53,453 nt of DNA from an uncultured Bifidobacteriaceae bacterium (GTDB lineage Bacteria; Actinomycetota; Actinomycetes; S36-B12), in NCBI GenBank assembly GCA_964391765.1, contig CAYMNG010000001.1, positions 25,812-79,264 of the forward strand, written 5' to 3'. Shown piece by piece: positions 17,280 to 27,067 of the stretch. The position numbers and the translations under genes are program-made. The notes under the pieces were generated by a model. That model saw nothing but the letters and a program-made list of their open reading frames with translations. It ran no database searches and had not been told where the DNA came from. Position 1 is the stretch's first letter. The number at the start of each line of letters is the position of its first letter.

Positions 17280-18959
17280 TCAGGACCGGGAACCGGCGGC
17301 CGCGTCGATCGCGGTGGTCAACGTCGGGTAGAACCGGTCGTCGGGGAGCGCACGTTCCATGCCGTACTGCGCCAGCTTTCGGCGCACCGGGTCCTTCATC
17401 TCCGCGAACACCAGGCGGACGCCCCTGCCGTCGAGTTCGGCCGCGAGGTCGTCGAGCATGTCGCAGGCGGTCGTGTCGACGTCGGTCATCGGCTCGGCCG
17501 CGACGACCAGCCAGTCCCCCGCGTCCAGGCCGGCCGCGCGTCGGCGGACCTCGTCGCGGAACGTCCGCGCGTTCGCGAAGATCAGCGGGGCGTCGAAGCG
17601 GTACAGCAGGCAGTGCGGCACCCGGACTGCGGCCGGATAGCTCGCCGTGTCGTGGTATCCCGGCAGTCCGTCGACCGCGCCGAGTTCGGCTCGGTACGGC
17701 CACCAGATGCGGCGAAACACGTTTCCGACCGACATCGCGATCGCCAGGACGATCCCAGGAAGAACACCGAGGAGGACGACGCCGAGGAACGCGACGACGG
17801 CCAGGATGAACTCGACCCGTCGCTGGGCGAACAGCCGGCGCGTCGCCGGGATGTCCGCGAGCGACAGCGCGGCCGCGATCACGATGGCCGCGAGCGTCGG
17901 CTGCGGCAGGTCGGCCAGCAGGCCGGGCACGAACACCAGCATCAGGCCGATCATCACCGCGCCGACGACGCCGGTGATCTGGGATCGCGAACCCGCCCGG
18001 TCGGCGACGGCCGTCCGCGATGCGCTCGTACTGACCGGGAACCCCTGGAACAGACCCGCCGCGATGTTCGCCGTCCCGATCCCGATCATCTCCCCGTTCC
18101 CGTCGACCTCCTCCCCCCGACGATCGGCGAACGACGTCGCGGTGGAGATCGTGTCGGCCAGCGCGACCAGCGCGATCCCCAGGGCTCCGACAACCAGCAG
18201 CGCGAAGTCGGACACTCCGACCAGCGGGATCACGAACCGCGGAAGTCCCTCCGGGAGAACGCCGATCGTCGACACGCCACGGGTACTCAGATCGAACGCG
18301 ACACTCACCGCGATAGCCACGACCACGGCCACGAGGACGGCGGGGATCTTGGGCAGCACCTTCCCGAGCAGGAGCAGCACAGCCAGCGACAGGACGCCCA
18401 CGCCCACGGCCGCGGGAACCGCCTGCCCGGCCCCGATCGCCTGGACGACCCCGACGACCTCGCCGACGAACCCGCCCGCGTCGACGGAGAATCCGAGCAG
18501 TTTGGGCACTTGGCTGACGAGGATCGTCAGCGCGAGGCCGTTCATGTAGCCGAGGATCGTCGGCTTGGACAGCAGGTCGGCGACGAAGCCGAGCCGGCCC
18601 ATGCCGGCGATCACCATCACCGCACCGGTGAGGATCGACAGGGCCGACGCGAGGACGACCGCCCGGACCGGGTCGCCGCCGGCCGACGCCAGCGGCAGGA
18701 TCGTCGCCGCGATCATCGGCCCCAGCGAGGAGTCCGGACCCAGCACGAGCACCTTCGACGGGCCGACGAGCGCGTACCCGAGCAGGCACAGGATCGAGGT
18801 GTACAAGCCAGTCACCGCGGGCAGGCCCGCGAGTTCGGCGTACGCCATGCCCTGCGGGACCAGCAGTGCGGACAGGACCAGTCCGGCCATCACGTCCCTG
18901 GGCACGGCGCCGGCGCGATAGCCCCGAAGCGACGGCACGAGCCACGGCACGCCGGTCAC
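17280..18959 (-). CDS. SulP-family anion transporter with C-terminal STAS domain
   Basis: 559 aa. N-terminus DVMAGLVLSALLVPQGMAYAELAGLPAVTGLYTS, many TM helices and a STAS-like tail. The GTG start overlaps the PAP2 stop (GTGA). Confidence 0.9.
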   Translation of the reverse strand: MTGVPWLVPSLRGYRAGAVPRDVMAGLVLSALLVPQGMAYAELAGLPAVTGLYTSILCLLGYALVGPSKVLVLGPDSSLGPMIAATILPLASAGGDPVRAVVLASALSILTGAVMVIAGMGRLGFVADLLSKPTILGYMNGLALTILVSQVPKLLGFSVDAGGFVGEVVGVVQAIGAGQAVPAAVGVGVLSLAVLLLLGKVLPKIPAVLVAVVVAIAVSVAFDLSTRGVSTIGVLPEGLPRFVIPLVGVSDFALLVVGALGIALVALADTISTATSFADRRGEEVDGNGEMIGIGTANIAAGLFQGFPVSTSASRTAVADRAGSRSQITGVVGAVMIGLMLVFVPGLLADLPQPTLAAIVIAAALSLADIPATRRLFAQRRVEFILAVVAFLGVVLLGVLPGIVLAIAMSVGNVFRRIWWPYRAELGAVDGLPGYHDTASYPAAVRVPHCLLYRFDAPLIFANARTFRDEVRRRAAGLDAGDWLVVAAEPMTDVDTTACDMLDDLAAELDGRGVRLVFAEMKDPVRRKLAQYGMERALPDDRFYPTLTTAIDAAAGSRS

Positions 18960-19543
18960 GCGCGGACCCAGCGCCGCAGGCGCGCACTGCGACCCACGAT
19001 CACGCCGACGACTCGCGGGCCGACCTCGCCCGCGGTGATCCCGATGAGGGATCCGACAACGACGTCACCGGGGAAGTGCACGCCGGTATGCACCCGGGAG
19101 TACGCGACGGCGGCGGCGGCCAGCCGCACCGGGACGCCCAGCGCCGGCGCGGTCGCGCTGACCCCCTCGGCGAAGGCGAATGCGGACGCGGAGTGCCCGG
19201 ACGGGAAGGACGTCGACCGCGGCATCGGCACGTGACGTTCGTCCGGTACCGCGCTCGCCGCTCGATCCGGCCGTCTCCGTCGGGCCAGGTGCTTGGCCCC
19301 CTGGTTGACCGAGAGCGACGCCAGCGCGACCGACGCGATCCCGTTCAGCGCGGCCCGCCGACCCGTCGACCCGCCGGCCACGGCGAGGACCGCCGCGGTG
19401 CCGAACCACAGGACCGACTTGTCCGAGATCCGCGACAGCCGCCGGAAGGCGTGATCGAGGGACGGGGTGTCGACCGTCGCGATCGCGTCGTACACGGCCC
19501 GATCCAGGCGCGACAACTCGCCCAGGACGGCACGAGTCACCAT
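18956..19543 (-). CDS. PAP2-family phosphatase (membrane)
   Basis: This is the C-terminal 195 codons of ORF 18956..20170, from the ATG at 19543. Motifs KHLARRRRPD, PSGHSA and SRVHTGVHFPGD are present. Confidence 0.8.
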   Translation of the reverse strand: MVTRAVLGELSRLDRAVYDAIATVDTPSLDHAFRRLSRISDKSVLWFGTAAVLAVAGGSTGRRAALNGIASVALASLSVNQGAKHLARRRRPDRAASAVPDERHVPMPRSTSFPSGHSASAFAFAEGVSATAPALGVPVRLAAAAVAYSRVHTGVHFPGDVVVGSLIGITAGEVGPRVVGVIVGRSARLRRWVRA

Positions 19544-19658
19544 GTTGCCGCGACCCGCCCGACCGCGACCCGCCCGACCGTGCGCCGTGCCCGAGCCTGG
19601 ACCACGCCGACCTCCTTCCGGCGGCAGTCTGCCCCGGTGCCGCCGCGATGGCGAGACA

Positions 19659-21098
19659 ATGCCGACATTGCCCGATCGACCGCTGGGAGGCGCGGTGACG
19701 TCCGATCCGCCGTTTCGACCCGTCGCGTCGGCAGGCCCACCCCGCCCAACCCGGCCGTCGGCGCGCCGCCGGCTCCTCGCGTGGGTGGCGCTGGTGTCGC
19801 TGGCCGTGGCCACGGTCGTCGTCGTCGCCGTCCTCGTCCGGACGCCGATCCTCCTGATCGGTGCGCTGGCCGGACTCGCCCTGCTCGTCGCCGCTGCGTG
19901 GTGGGTCGTCACCGAGCCCGGTTGGCGCCGGTGGGCCGGGGTCGCCGGGATCGCCGCGGGGCTCGCCGTGATCGGCGCGTCGATCCTGCAGGCCCGCTCA
20001 CCGTCCGGTGACGAGGCCGTCGAGATCCTCGTCGTCGCGCTGGCGTTGACGATCGCGGTCGTGACCGCCCGCGTCGCGCTGGTCCCGGATCTGCGTGCGA
20101 TGGACCGGTATCCGTCCTTGCGGCCACGGCACCCGGTGCTGATCTGCAACCTGAGGTCCGGCGGCGGCAAGGTCGAGCGGTTCGGCCTGATCGCCCTCGC
20201 CCGTGGGATGGGCGTCGACGTCGTGGTGCTCGAACCGGGTTCGGACCTGCGCGCCCTCGCGCAGGAGGCCGTCGCGCGTGGCGCCGACTGCCTGGGGATG
20301 GCCGGCGGCGACGGCAGCCAGGCGCTCGTCGCGTCGGTCGCGGTCGAGCACCACCTGCCGTTCGTCGTGGTCCCCGCAGGAACCCGGAACCACTTCGCGC
20401 TCGACCTCGGTCTCGATCGCGACGAACCCCGGGCGACCTTGGCTGCCTTCTACGACGGTGTCGTGCGCGAGGTGGACTACGCGACCGTAGGCGACCGGCT
20501 CTTCGTCAACAACGTGTCGCTCGGCGTCTACGCCTCCGTGGTCGAGGCGGACGGCTACCGCGAGGCCAAGGTCGAGACGTCGATGTCGCGGCTGCCCGAG
20601 CTCCTCGGTCGCCAGGCGGATCCGTTCGACCTGCAGTTCACGACCCCGGACGGCACGTCCGTCGACGGGGCGTTCCTCGTCCTCGTGTCGAACAACCCGT
20701 ACGTACTGGGCCCCGCGCTCGACGTCGCCCAACGCCGGGTCGTGGACTCCGGCCGGCTCGGCGTGTTCGCCGTCACCGCCCGGACCGGGGCCGAGGCGTC
20801 GGCGATGGTCACGCGCGCCGTCCTCGGACTCGGTGCCCGCGACCGGCACCTGTTCGACTTCGCGACGGCCCGGTTCAAGGTCCGATCGCGGGCCGGCACG
20901 CTGTGGGCGGGCGTCGACGGCGAGTCGCTCGAACTGCCCACCCCGTTGGAGTTCGCGATCCACCCGCGTGGGCTGCGCGTCCTGGTCCCGCGGGACAGCG
21001 TCGGCCGGGCCGAACGCCGGCGCGCCCGGGGGCTGCACCTGCGTGCGCTCGGTGCCGTCGCCCTGGGCCGTGCCGGTCGGTCAGCGGCCGACTCCTGA
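19659..21098 (+). CDS. diacylglycerol/lipid kinase catalytic-domain protein with N-terminal TM segments
   Basis: ORF 19467..21098, trimmed to the ATG at 19659. It has TM helices, then a DAGK_cat-like domain with MAGGDGS and VVPAGTRNHFA. Confidence 0.7.
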   Translation: MPTLPDRPLGGAVTSDPPFRPVASAGPPRPTRPSARRRLLAWVALVSLAVATVVVVAVLVRTPILLIGALAGLALLVAAAWWVVTEPGWRRWAGVAGIAAGLAVIGASILQARSPSGDEAVEILVVALALTIAVVTARVALVPDLRAMDRYPSLRPRHPVLICNLRSGGGKVERFGLIALARGMGVDVVVLEPGSDLRALAQEAVARGADCLGMAGGDGSQALVASVAVEHHLPFVVVPAGTRNHFALDLGLDRDEPRATLAAFYDGVVREVDYATVGDRLFVNNVSLGVYASVVEADGYREAKVETSMSRLPELLGRQADPFDLQFTTPDGTSVDGAFLVLVSNNPYVLGPALDVAQRRVVDSGRLGVFAVTARTGAEASAMVTRAVLGLGARDRHLFDFATARFKVRSRAGTLWAGVDGESLELPTPLEFAIHPRGLRVLVPRDSVGRAERRRARGLHLRALGAVALGRAGRSAADS

Positions 21099-21809
21099 GC
21101 GCGCGGGGTCGACCGGCGCCGGCGCGAGCGGGCGATGGGGTGCGGGGGTGAGGTCGGTCGCGCCCATGCGCTGGTGAACGGCGGTGAGTTCGTCGTGCAG
21201 GTCGGCGAGGGACTCCCCCTGCAGGTCCGCCGCGGCGACCAGGTAGGGCTCGAACAGTCGCCACCCGAGAGCACTTCCGACGATCTGCGCGGCACGGATG
21301 CGCGCCGCGCGCGGCTCGAGCCCGCTGTACTCGCCGATCACGTCGACCATCGCCCGCACCGGGTTCGCGCCGCCCAGCGCGGTGGCGACGTCCTGGTCGG
21401 TCAGCATCCAGTGGGCGAGGATCGCCAACCACTGCCCGAGCGCGGAGTCGCGGTCGAACGTGTGCTGTTGGCGTGGTCGGCTGACGATGTCCCGCGCGAC
21501 GTTGGACGCGAGATCGTCGAACACGGCTGTGATCAGCGTCTCGCGCGACCCGACATAGCGGTTGATGAGCGACACGTGGACGTCGGCGGCGGCGGCGATG
21601 TCGCGCAGCGACACCTGCGCGACCCCGCTCCGGGCGAACAGCACGGCCGCCGTGTCGAGGACGGCCCGGCGAACCTCGGCCGGCCCGGCGGGCCGCCCCG
21701 GCGCCCGCTTGGGACCCGGTCGGGCTGGTGGCTTTCGTGCCCCCTCGGTCACGGGAACCACCCTGCCACCACGCCGTCGCGCAACATCGGTCGAGGGGCT
21801 GGACAGCAA
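21081..21809 (-). CDS. TetR-family transcriptional regulator
   Basis: HTH segment: VLDTAAVLFARSGVAQVSLRDIAAAADVHVSLINRYVGSRE. The exact start is uncertain because several in-frame GTG codons exist. Confidence 0.8.
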   Translation of the reverse strand: MLSSPSTDVARRRGGRVVPVTEGARKPPARPGPKRAPGRPAGPAEVRRAVLDTAAVLFARSGVAQVSLRDIAAAADVHVSLINRYVGSRETLITAVFDDLASNVARDIVSRPRQQHTFDRDSALGQWLAILAHWMLTDQDVATALGGANPVRAMVDVIGEYSGLEPRAARIRAAQIVGSALGWRLFEPYLVAAADLQGESLADLHDELTAVHQRMGATDLTPAPHRPLAPAPVDPARSGVGR

Positions 21810-21902
21810 TAGTCAACGGGCGTATACATTGACCGGCGGCGGGACGCACCCAGCGGCCGCGCCACCCAGCACGTTCACGATGAACCACGACAAGGAGAAC
21901 AC

Positions 21903-22499
21903 ATGTCACAAGACGCCGGCCAACCCGACGCATCGGGCGCCGACCTGACCGTTGACGCGGTCGCCGTGACCGACGGGGCGTACGCCCTGATCGTCGCCGA
22001 CTTCAACGACACCGCCGCCGCGATGGAGGCGTACGAGTTGCTGAAGTCCGTCGAGGACGGTCGCACGGTCGAGATCGAAGCCGCCGTCGTCGTGATGAAG
22101 GACGCCGACGGGAACCTTCAGGTGCAGAAGTCGACCGACCACAGCACCCGCCGCGGGCTGGGGTGGGGACTGGTGGGCGGTGTCGTGCTCGGGGTCATCT
22201 TCCCGCCGTCGATCCTCGCCAGCGCGGCCGTGCTCGGCGCCGGTGGCGCAGCGGTCGGCAAGGCCCGCGAGATCCACCACAAGAACCAGTTGGCCGACCA
22301 GTTGCAGGACGCGATCGCTCCGGGCCACTCCGGGCTCATCGCGTTGGTGTCCGATCCGCGGGCCGTGGAGATCCGCAAGGCGCTGGAGAAGGCGAACCGC
22401 GTCGTCGAGTCGGCGATCGACAAGGCCGTCGCCGACGACCTGAAGGCCGCCGCCAAGGAAGCCGACGACGCGGCGAAGGCCGCCAAGCACGCGGACTGA
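21903..22499 (+). CDS. DUF1269-like membrane/general-stress protein
   Basis: 198 aa after a strong AAGGAGAA ribosome-binding site. A glycine-zipper TM region GWGLVGGVVLGVIFPPSILASAAVLGAGGAAVG is present. The family call is from memory. Confidence 0.6.
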   Translation: MSQDAGQPDASGADLTVDAVAVTDGAYALIVADFNDTAAAMEAYELLKSVEDGRTVEIEAAVVVMKDADGNLQVQKSTDHSTRRGLGWGLVGGVVLGVIFPPSILASAAVLGAGGAAVGKAREIHHKNQLADQLQDAIAPGHSGLIALVSDPRAVEIRKALEKANRVVESAIDKAVADDLKAAAKEADDAAKAAKHAD

Positions 22500-22514
22500 C
22501 GGGAGCGCCACGAG

Positions 22515-22901
22515 ATGTTCAACGACAACGGGTCCTTCCTGCTGGCCCTGTTCGAGTTCTTCCTGTTCTTCGCCTGGTTCATGTGCCTGTTCTGGGTCTT
22601 CGGCGACATCTTCCGCAGCAAGGACCTCGGCGGCGTCGCCAAGACGTTGTGGGTGCTGTTCATCATCTTCACCGTCTGGCTCGGACTGCTCGTGTACGTC
22701 ATCGCCCGCGGTGGCGGCATGCAGAAGCGTCAGTTCGAGCAGGCCCGCGAACTGCAGGCCGCGCAGGCGGAGTACATCCAGTCCGTCGCGGCGACCGGCG
22801 CGTCCGCAACCGACCAGATCTCCTCGGCGAAGTCGCTGCTGGACTCCGGCGCGATCACCCAGGAGGAGTTCACCGCGTTGAAGAGCAAGGTCCTCGCCTG
22901 A
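22515..22901 (+). CDS. PLDc_N-type membrane domain plus SHOCT-domain protein
   Basis: 128 aa with a Phe-rich two-helix N-terminus (WFMCLFWVFGDIFRSKD) and a C-terminal SHOCT-like LLDSGAITQEEFTALKSKVL. Confidence 0.7.
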   Translation: MFNDNGSFLLALFEFFLFFAWFMCLFWVFGDIFRSKDLGGVAKTLWVLFIIFTVWLGLLVYVIARGGGMQKRQFEQARELQAAQAEYIQSVAATGASATDQISSAKSLLDSGAITQEEFTALKSKVLA

Positions 22902-22920
22902 CCGAGAGAACGGAGCGGAC

Positions 22921-24378
22921 ATGGCCAAGGGCAAGGTGAGCAGCGTCCGTCCCATCGCGCCGGCCCGCCGCCGCAAGGAATCCGTCGCACAGTCCGAAGC
23001 GGCCCTGTCGCGGGCGGCGACCGGCAAGGCCGCCCGCGACGCGGTGCCGCTGGAGGACCACGCGGTGTTCGCGCCGACCGGCCTGCGCGCGGACCCGGTA
23101 GAACTCCTCGGCCGGCAAGGACCCTCGCGGGTGGCGGACCTCCTGCCCATCCGGTACGGACGAATGGTCTCGTCGCCGTTCGCGTTCTACCGCGGCGCCG
23201 CGCTGGTGATGGCCGCCGACCTGGCAACGACCCCAACCTCCGGTCTGCGCGTACAGCTGTGCGGTGACGCCCACCTGTCCAACTTCGGCCTCTACGCATC
23301 GCCGGAGCGGCGTCTCGTGTTCGACGTCAACGATTTCGACGAGACTCTCCCCGGGCCGTTCGAGTGGGACGTCAAGCGACTGGCTGCGAGCCTCGAGATC
23401 GCGGCTCGCAGCCAGTCGTTCACGGACAAGGAACGGCGGTCGATCGTCGTCGGCGCGGTTCGCTACTACCGGGAGTCCATGCGGGCTTTCGCGCAGATGA
23501 CGAACCTGGCCGTGTGGTACGCCCACCTGGAGGCCGACGACCTCATGACCCGACTCCGCGCGGCCGCTCCGGCCAAGCGGTTGCGCTCGACCGAGATGCT
23601 GATCGCCTCGGCGAAGACCAAAGACAGCATGCAGGCTTTCCGCAAGCTCACCCACGACGTCGACGGTGACCGGCGGATCATCTCCGACCCACCGTTGATC
23701 GTCCCCGTGGAGGAGCTGTTCCCCGGCCAGCAGGGCCAGGTGCTGCAGGACGAGATGGCCGACCTGCTCGCCGCATACCGCGCGAGCCTGGTGTCGGATC
23801 GCAAGCACCTGTTCGACCAGTTCCGGTTCGTGCACATGGCACGGAAGGTGGTCGGGGTCGGCAGCGTCGGAACCCGCGCGTGGATCCTGCTCTTCGAGGG
23901 CCTCGACGGTGGCGATCCGCTGTTCTTGCAGGCCAAGGAGGCGCAGTCCTCGGTCCTCGAGCAGTACCTTGGCGTCAGCGAGTACACCAACCACGCCGAG
24001 CGCGTCGTGTCCGGTCAACGCCTCATGCAAGCCTCGAGCGACATCTTCCTGGGCTGGCAGCGGACCAACGGTCTCGATGGCGTGGACCGCGACTACTACG
24101 TCCGACAGCTGCGCGACTGGAAGGGATCCGCCGAGATCGAAGGGTCCGTCCCCTCCGGCATGGCCGTTTACGGGGAGGTGTGCGGGTGGACGCTCGCCCG
24201 CGCCCACGCACGATCCGGGGACCGCGTCGCCATCGCCGCGTACCTCGGCAAGCGCGACAGGTTCGATCGCGCCGTCGCCGACTTCGCCACCGACTACGCC
24301 GACCAGAACGACAAGGACCATGCCGCACTGCGGGCCGCGATCGACGAAGGCCGGGTCGCTGCGACCGAGGGCGTGTGA
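22921..24378 (+). CDS. DUF2252-family protein
   Basis: 485 aa. LLPIRYGRMVSSPFAFYRGAA...LCGDAHLSNFG...RLVFDVNDFDETLPGPFEWDVKRLAASL matches my recollection of DUF2252. Confidence 0.7.
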   Translation: MAKGKVSSVRPIAPARRRKESVAQSEAALSRAATGKAARDAVPLEDHAVFAPTGLRADPVELLGRQGPSRVADLLPIRYGRMVSSPFAFYRGAALVMAADLATTPTSGLRVQLCGDAHLSNFGLYASPERRLVFDVNDFDETLPGPFEWDVKRLAASLEIAARSQSFTDKERRSIVVGAVRYYRESMRAFAQMTNLAVWYAHLEADDLMTRLRAAAPAKRLRSTEMLIASAKTKDSMQAFRKLTHDVDGDRRIISDPPLIVPVEELFPGQQGQVLQDEMADLLAAYRASLVSDRKHLFDQFRFVHMARKVVGVGSVGTRAWILLFEGLDGGDPLFLQAKEAQSSVLEQYLGVSEYTNHAERVVSGQRLMQASSDIFLGWQRTNGLDGVDRDYYVRQLRDWKGSAEIEGSVPSGMAVYGEVCGWTLARAHARSGDRVAIAAYLGKRDRFDRAVADFATDYADQNDKDHAALRAAIDEGRVAATEGV

Positions 24379-24388
24379 TCCCCTGCGG

Positions 24389-25003
24389 TCACAGGACGTT
24401 GACCGCGCGCGCCACGACCAGCCCGATCAGGGTCAGCGACACACCGGCCTCGAGCATCATCGTCAACTTCGACCAATGCCGGATCGCCGCGACGTCCGTG
24501 GGGCTGAACGCGGTCGCGGTGTTGAACGACAGCGCGAAGTAGTCGACGAACTGCGGGAACCACCCGTCCTCGTCGGGCCGAAGGTCCTCTTCGGGGAAGT
24601 GCCAGGCCGGCGCGACCGCCCGCTCGCCACGCGCCCGCACCGCCGGGCCGCCCCGGTCCAGGTGCCAGTACCACAGCGCGAACGCGATGACGATCGTCAG
24701 CCATACGACCACGCCGATGGTCAGCAGCTGTCCCGGGCTGGCGAACGGCGCGCCCGTGAGCAGACCGACGACCAGGCGCACGGCCGACACCATCGCCGCT
24801 ACGGTCACGGTGAGGATCAGGACTCCGGTCACGACCCGAAGCCACCGGTTCTGCCGATCGATGCGCCCGGGATCGCCGACTATGAGGACGCCGAGGAGTA
24901 CGACCAGGAGCACCGGATAGGCGAACCGAGTTCCCACCGACCACTGGAAGGTCGAGGGGATGAACAGGTAGAGGACGCCGGTCGTCAGGACGCCCAGCGC
25001 CAT
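24389..25003 (-). CDS. DUF1345-like integral membrane protein
   Basis: This is the C-terminal 204 codons of ORF 24389..26140, from the ATG at 25003; upstream in-frame starts exist up to 25096. It has several TM helices and FVDYFALSFNTATAFSPTDV. Confidence 0.6.
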   Translation of the reverse strand: MALGVLTTGVLYLFIPSTFQWSVGTRFAYPVLLVVLLGVLIVGDPGRIDRQNRWLRVVTGVLILTVTVAAMVSAVRLVVGLLTGAPFASPGQLLTIGVVVWLTIVIAFALWYWHLDRGGPAVRARGERAVAPAWHFPEEDLRPDEDGWFPQFVDYFALSFNTATAFSPTDVAAIRHWSKLTMMLEAGVSLTLIGLVVARAVNVL

Positions 25004-25265
25004 GGGCAGGCGCGGTTCACCCTGTCGATCGGTCCTGCCGTCGTCGTTCACACCTGGACTGTAGAACGCACCGTGCGGGCGCGCGGAGGTACGCATGCAG
25101 GTCGTCCGCATGCCGCCCGCGGTCTTCGTGCGCCGGCCGATTCCTGACGATACGTCCCGATACGGGTACCACAGGTTCGCCGACCGCCGCGTGGCCGGGG
25201 CGCATCGCACATCGATCGAGCGTGGCGAGACCCGGCAACCTGACCTAGAGCGCGTCAAGGCTGCA

Positions 25266-25296
25266 TCAAGATCCGTCAATCCCCGATCAAGGTCCG
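25266..25296 (+). promoter_or_regulatory. three tandem 10/11-bp direct repeats TCAAnnYCCG upstream of kdpF (candidate KdpE box)
   Basis: TCAAGATCCG (25266), TCAATCCCCG (25276) and TCAAGGTCCG (25287). The block ends 34 nt upstream of the kdpF ATG. Confidence 0.35.
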
Positions 25297-25329
25297 AGAT
25301 TTCGCGCCGACCAGTGGTGCGGTGAGGCC

Positions 25330-25416
25330 ATGACGGAGAACATCGTCGCGTTGCTGGTTGGCGGCGCCGTGGTCGGCTACCTGATGTACGCGCTCCTTCA
25401 CCCCGCGCGGTTCTAG
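25330..25416 (+). CDS. kdpF: K+-transporting ATPase subunit F
   Basis: 28 codons, absent from the ORF track: MTENIVALLVGGAVVGYLMYALLHPARF. It forms a single hydrophobic helix. GGTGAGG precedes the ATG, and the ORF ends 4 nt before kdpA. Confidence 0.8.
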   Translation: MTENIVALLVGGAVVGYLMYALLHPARF

Positions 25417-25420
25417 CGCG

Positions 25421-27067
25421 ATGGACACCACGTCCCAAGCGATCCTCAGCGTCTCGTTGCTCGTCGCGATCCTCGCGGCGGTGCACGTTCCGCTCGGGGA
25501 ATGGATGTACCGGACCTTCACTGACGAGCGGGACTGGCGCGTCGAACGACTGATCTACCGAGTTGTCGGGGTCGACCCCCGAGCCGAGCAGCGGTGGACG
25601 ACCTACGCACTGAGCGTGGTCGCCTTCGGCGTCGTCTCGGTCCTGCTCTTGTGGCTCCTCATCATGGGCCAGGGTTGGCTCCCCTGGAGTCTGGGTCGCT
25701 CCCAGAACTGGCACACGGCACTGAACACCGCTATCTCGTTCACGACGAACACGAACTGGCAGTCGTACGCCGGCGAGGCCGGCGCGGGCTACACCGTGCA
25801 GATGGTCGGCCTGACCGTGCAGAACTTCGTCTCGGCGGCGACGGGGATTGCCGTCGCGGTGGCGCTCGTCCGTGCGATCGCTCGCTCGGGGACCGACCGT
25901 CTGGGCAACTTCTGGGTCGACCTGATCCGTTCGATCGTGCGCGTCCTCCTCCCGATCGCGGTCGTAGGTGCATTCGTCCTCCTCACCGGAGGAGTGATCC
26001 AGAACCTGGATGCACCTCAGGCAATCACGACGATCACCGGCCACGAGCAGGTCATCCAAGGCGGGCCGGTCGCCAGCCAGGAGGTCATCAAGCTCTTGGG
26101 GACCAACGGCGGCGGGTTCTTCAATGCGAACTCGGCGCACCCGTTCGAGAACCCCAGCGCCTGGACGAATCTGGTCGAGATCATCCTCGTTCTGATGATC
26201 CCGTTCTCACTGCCGTGGACGTACGGGCGCATGGTCGGCGACCGTCGGCAGGGATACGCGATCACGGCGGTCATGGCCGCGCTACTGGCGGTGAGCGCCG
26301 CGCTGAACGTCTGGGCGGAGATGGCCGCCGCCGTTGGTCCCGCAGGCTCGATGGAAGGCAAGGAGCAGCGGTTCGGAATCATCTGGTCGGTGCTGTTCGG
26401 AACGGCAACGACCGGCACGTCCACCGGAGGCGTGAATTCGATGCACGAGTCATACAGCGCGCTCGGCGGTGGGCTCTTCATGGTCAACATGCAACTGGGG
26501 GAGGTAAGCCCAGGTGGAGTCGGCACCGGTCTCTACGGGATTCTCGTGATGGCCGTACTCACGGTGTTCGTCTCCGGCCTCATGGTCGGGCGAACTCCCG
26601 AACTGCTCGGCAAGGCCATCGGCCGCCGGGAGATCACCTACGCCGCGCTCGCATCGATCACCATGCCGGCACTCGTGTTGGTGCTGACCGGAACGTCCTT
26701 GGTACTCCCGGTGGCCCGGGGCGCGCTCCTGAACTCCGGGCCACATGGCTTGTCGGAGATGCTTTACGCCTATACCTCGGCGGCGAACAACAATGGATCG
26801 GCCTTCGCCGGGCTGTCGGCCGACCAACCCTGGCTGAACCTGACTCTCGGGTTCGCGATGTTCGTCGCCCGGTTCGGCATCATCGCTTTCACCCTCGGAC
26901 TGGCTGGCGGTCTCGTCGTTCAACGTCGGCGCCCAGTCACGACCGGCACAATGCCGACCCACACTCCTTTGTTCGCAGGCCTTCTCGCCGGAATCATCCT
27001 TGTCTTGGCCGGCCTGACCTTCTTCCCCGCCCTGGCTCTCGGACCGATCGCGGAGGCACTGTCATGA
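25421..27067 (+). CDS. kdpA: potassium-transporting ATPase subunit A
   Basis: 548-aa polytopic protein. [10 protein letters not shown] and [18 protein letters not shown] are selectivity-filter-like blocks typical of KdpA. Confidence 0.95.
   Translation: MDTTSQAILSVSLLVAILAAVHVPLGEWMYRTFTDERDWRVERLIYRVVGVDPRAEQRWTTYALSVVAFGVVSVLLLWLLIMGQGWLPWSLGRSQNWHTALNTAISFTTNTNWQSYAGEAGAGYTVQMVGLTVQNFVSAATGIAVAVALVRAIARSGTDRLGNFWVDLIRSIVRVLLPIAVVGAFVLLTGGVIQNLDAPQAITTITGHEQVIQGGPVASQEVIKLLGTNGGGFFNANSAHPFENPSAWTNLVEIILVLMIPFSLPWTYGRMVGDRRQGYAITAVMAALLAVSAALNVWAEMAAAVGPAGSMEGKEQRFGIIWSVLFGTATTGTSTGGVNSMHESYSALGGGLFMVNMQLGEVSPGGVGTGLYGILVMAVLTVFVSGLMVGRTPELLGKAIGRREITYAALASITMPALVLVLTGTSLVLPVARGALLNSGPHGLSEMLYAYTSAANNNGSAFAGLSADQPWLNLTLGFAMFVARFGIIAFTLGLAGGLVVQRRRPVTTGTMPTHTPLFAGLLAGIILVLAGLTFFPALALGPIAEALS

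Noticed and set aside
21810-21902. A candidate TetR operator (GTCAA-N12-TTGAC around GTATAC) in the TetR/DUF1269 intergenic region.
   Set aside because: The arms are only 5 bp and the interior is not symmetric. This is too weak to annotate without binding data.
25097-25329. A possible c-di-AMP (ydaO/kimA-type) riboswitch in the kdp leader.
   Set aside because: I could not find the paired pseudo-symmetric helices or conserved ACGGGG/CCCA-type blocks by eye. This would need a covariance-model scan (Rfam RF00379) to exclude it formally.
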